A DNA stretch of 63,983 nucleotides, counting the filler, from Octopus bimaculoides (lineage: Eukaryota): assembly GCF_001194135.2 (NCBI RefSeq). It is 8 parts of 6 records of this genome, joined end to end, with 100 filler letters (N's around TTAATTAATTAA, not from the genome) between each part and the next. Parts side by side here need not be neighbours in the genome. Positions count along the whole stretch, not along the records: positions 62,193 to 63,983 come from NC_068987.1; 7 more parts are not named here. The stretch is one strand, 5' to 3'. Below, in pieces: positions 63,836 through 63,983 of the stretch. Position 1 is the stretch's first letter, and every line of letters starts with the position of its first letter. The position numbers were made by a program, and so were the translations under genes. Below the pieces are notes generated by a model. It was not told the DNA's origin, made no database searches, and saw nothing but the letters and a program-made list of their open reading frames with translations.

Positions 63836-63983
63836 CCTACATGTTCTATATAAATATTCTACATATATATTCTTTAAACACTTTCTGCATACACATTCTA
63901 TATATCCTTTCTCTTGATGTAACTCCTTGTTTCTAGAAGATACATGAATAAATTTGTGGTAAGAAGTTTGCTTCTCAACCACA

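Overview
This is AT-rich, repeat-saturated eukaryotic genomic DNA. Its SINE, MITE and microsatellite repertoire points to an octopus (coleoid cephalopod); that assignment is inference from recognising the families. There are about 15 N-gaps, seven of them 100-bp scaffolding linkers (44N-TTAATTAATTAA-44N), so order and orientation across those is unverified. The only confident host coding sequence is the terminal exon of a synaptotagmin-like gene (C2B domain lacking most Ca2+ ligands; minus strand, 47567-47880). The rest is mostly mobile DNA: an internally deleted Helitron with both ends intact, a 91-bp mini-Helitron, Penelope-like (PLE) remnants with minimal hammerhead ribozyme (HHR) motifs, Dong/R4, CR1 and RTE LINE fragments, Tc1/mariner/Tigger/piggyBac-type MITEs and more than 35 tRNA-derived SINE copies. 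The most unusual object is a TSD-flanked composite at 13476-16078: an inverted HHR-bearing tail, a tRNA-like Pol III head, (AAT)n(AAG)n, then the HHR-bearing tail again. It looks like a tRNA-headed, PLE-mobilised non-autonomous retroelement that was later hit by the Helitron. Other notable items are four HHR motifs from three families, two long fold-back hairpins just downstream of the synaptotagmin-like stop codon, and tRNA-like cloverleaves embedded inside larger repeats. No CRISPR array, rRNA or clearly functional tRNA was seen. SINE family letters are my own labels, and SINE/LINE boundaries are approximate (about 10-20 bp).
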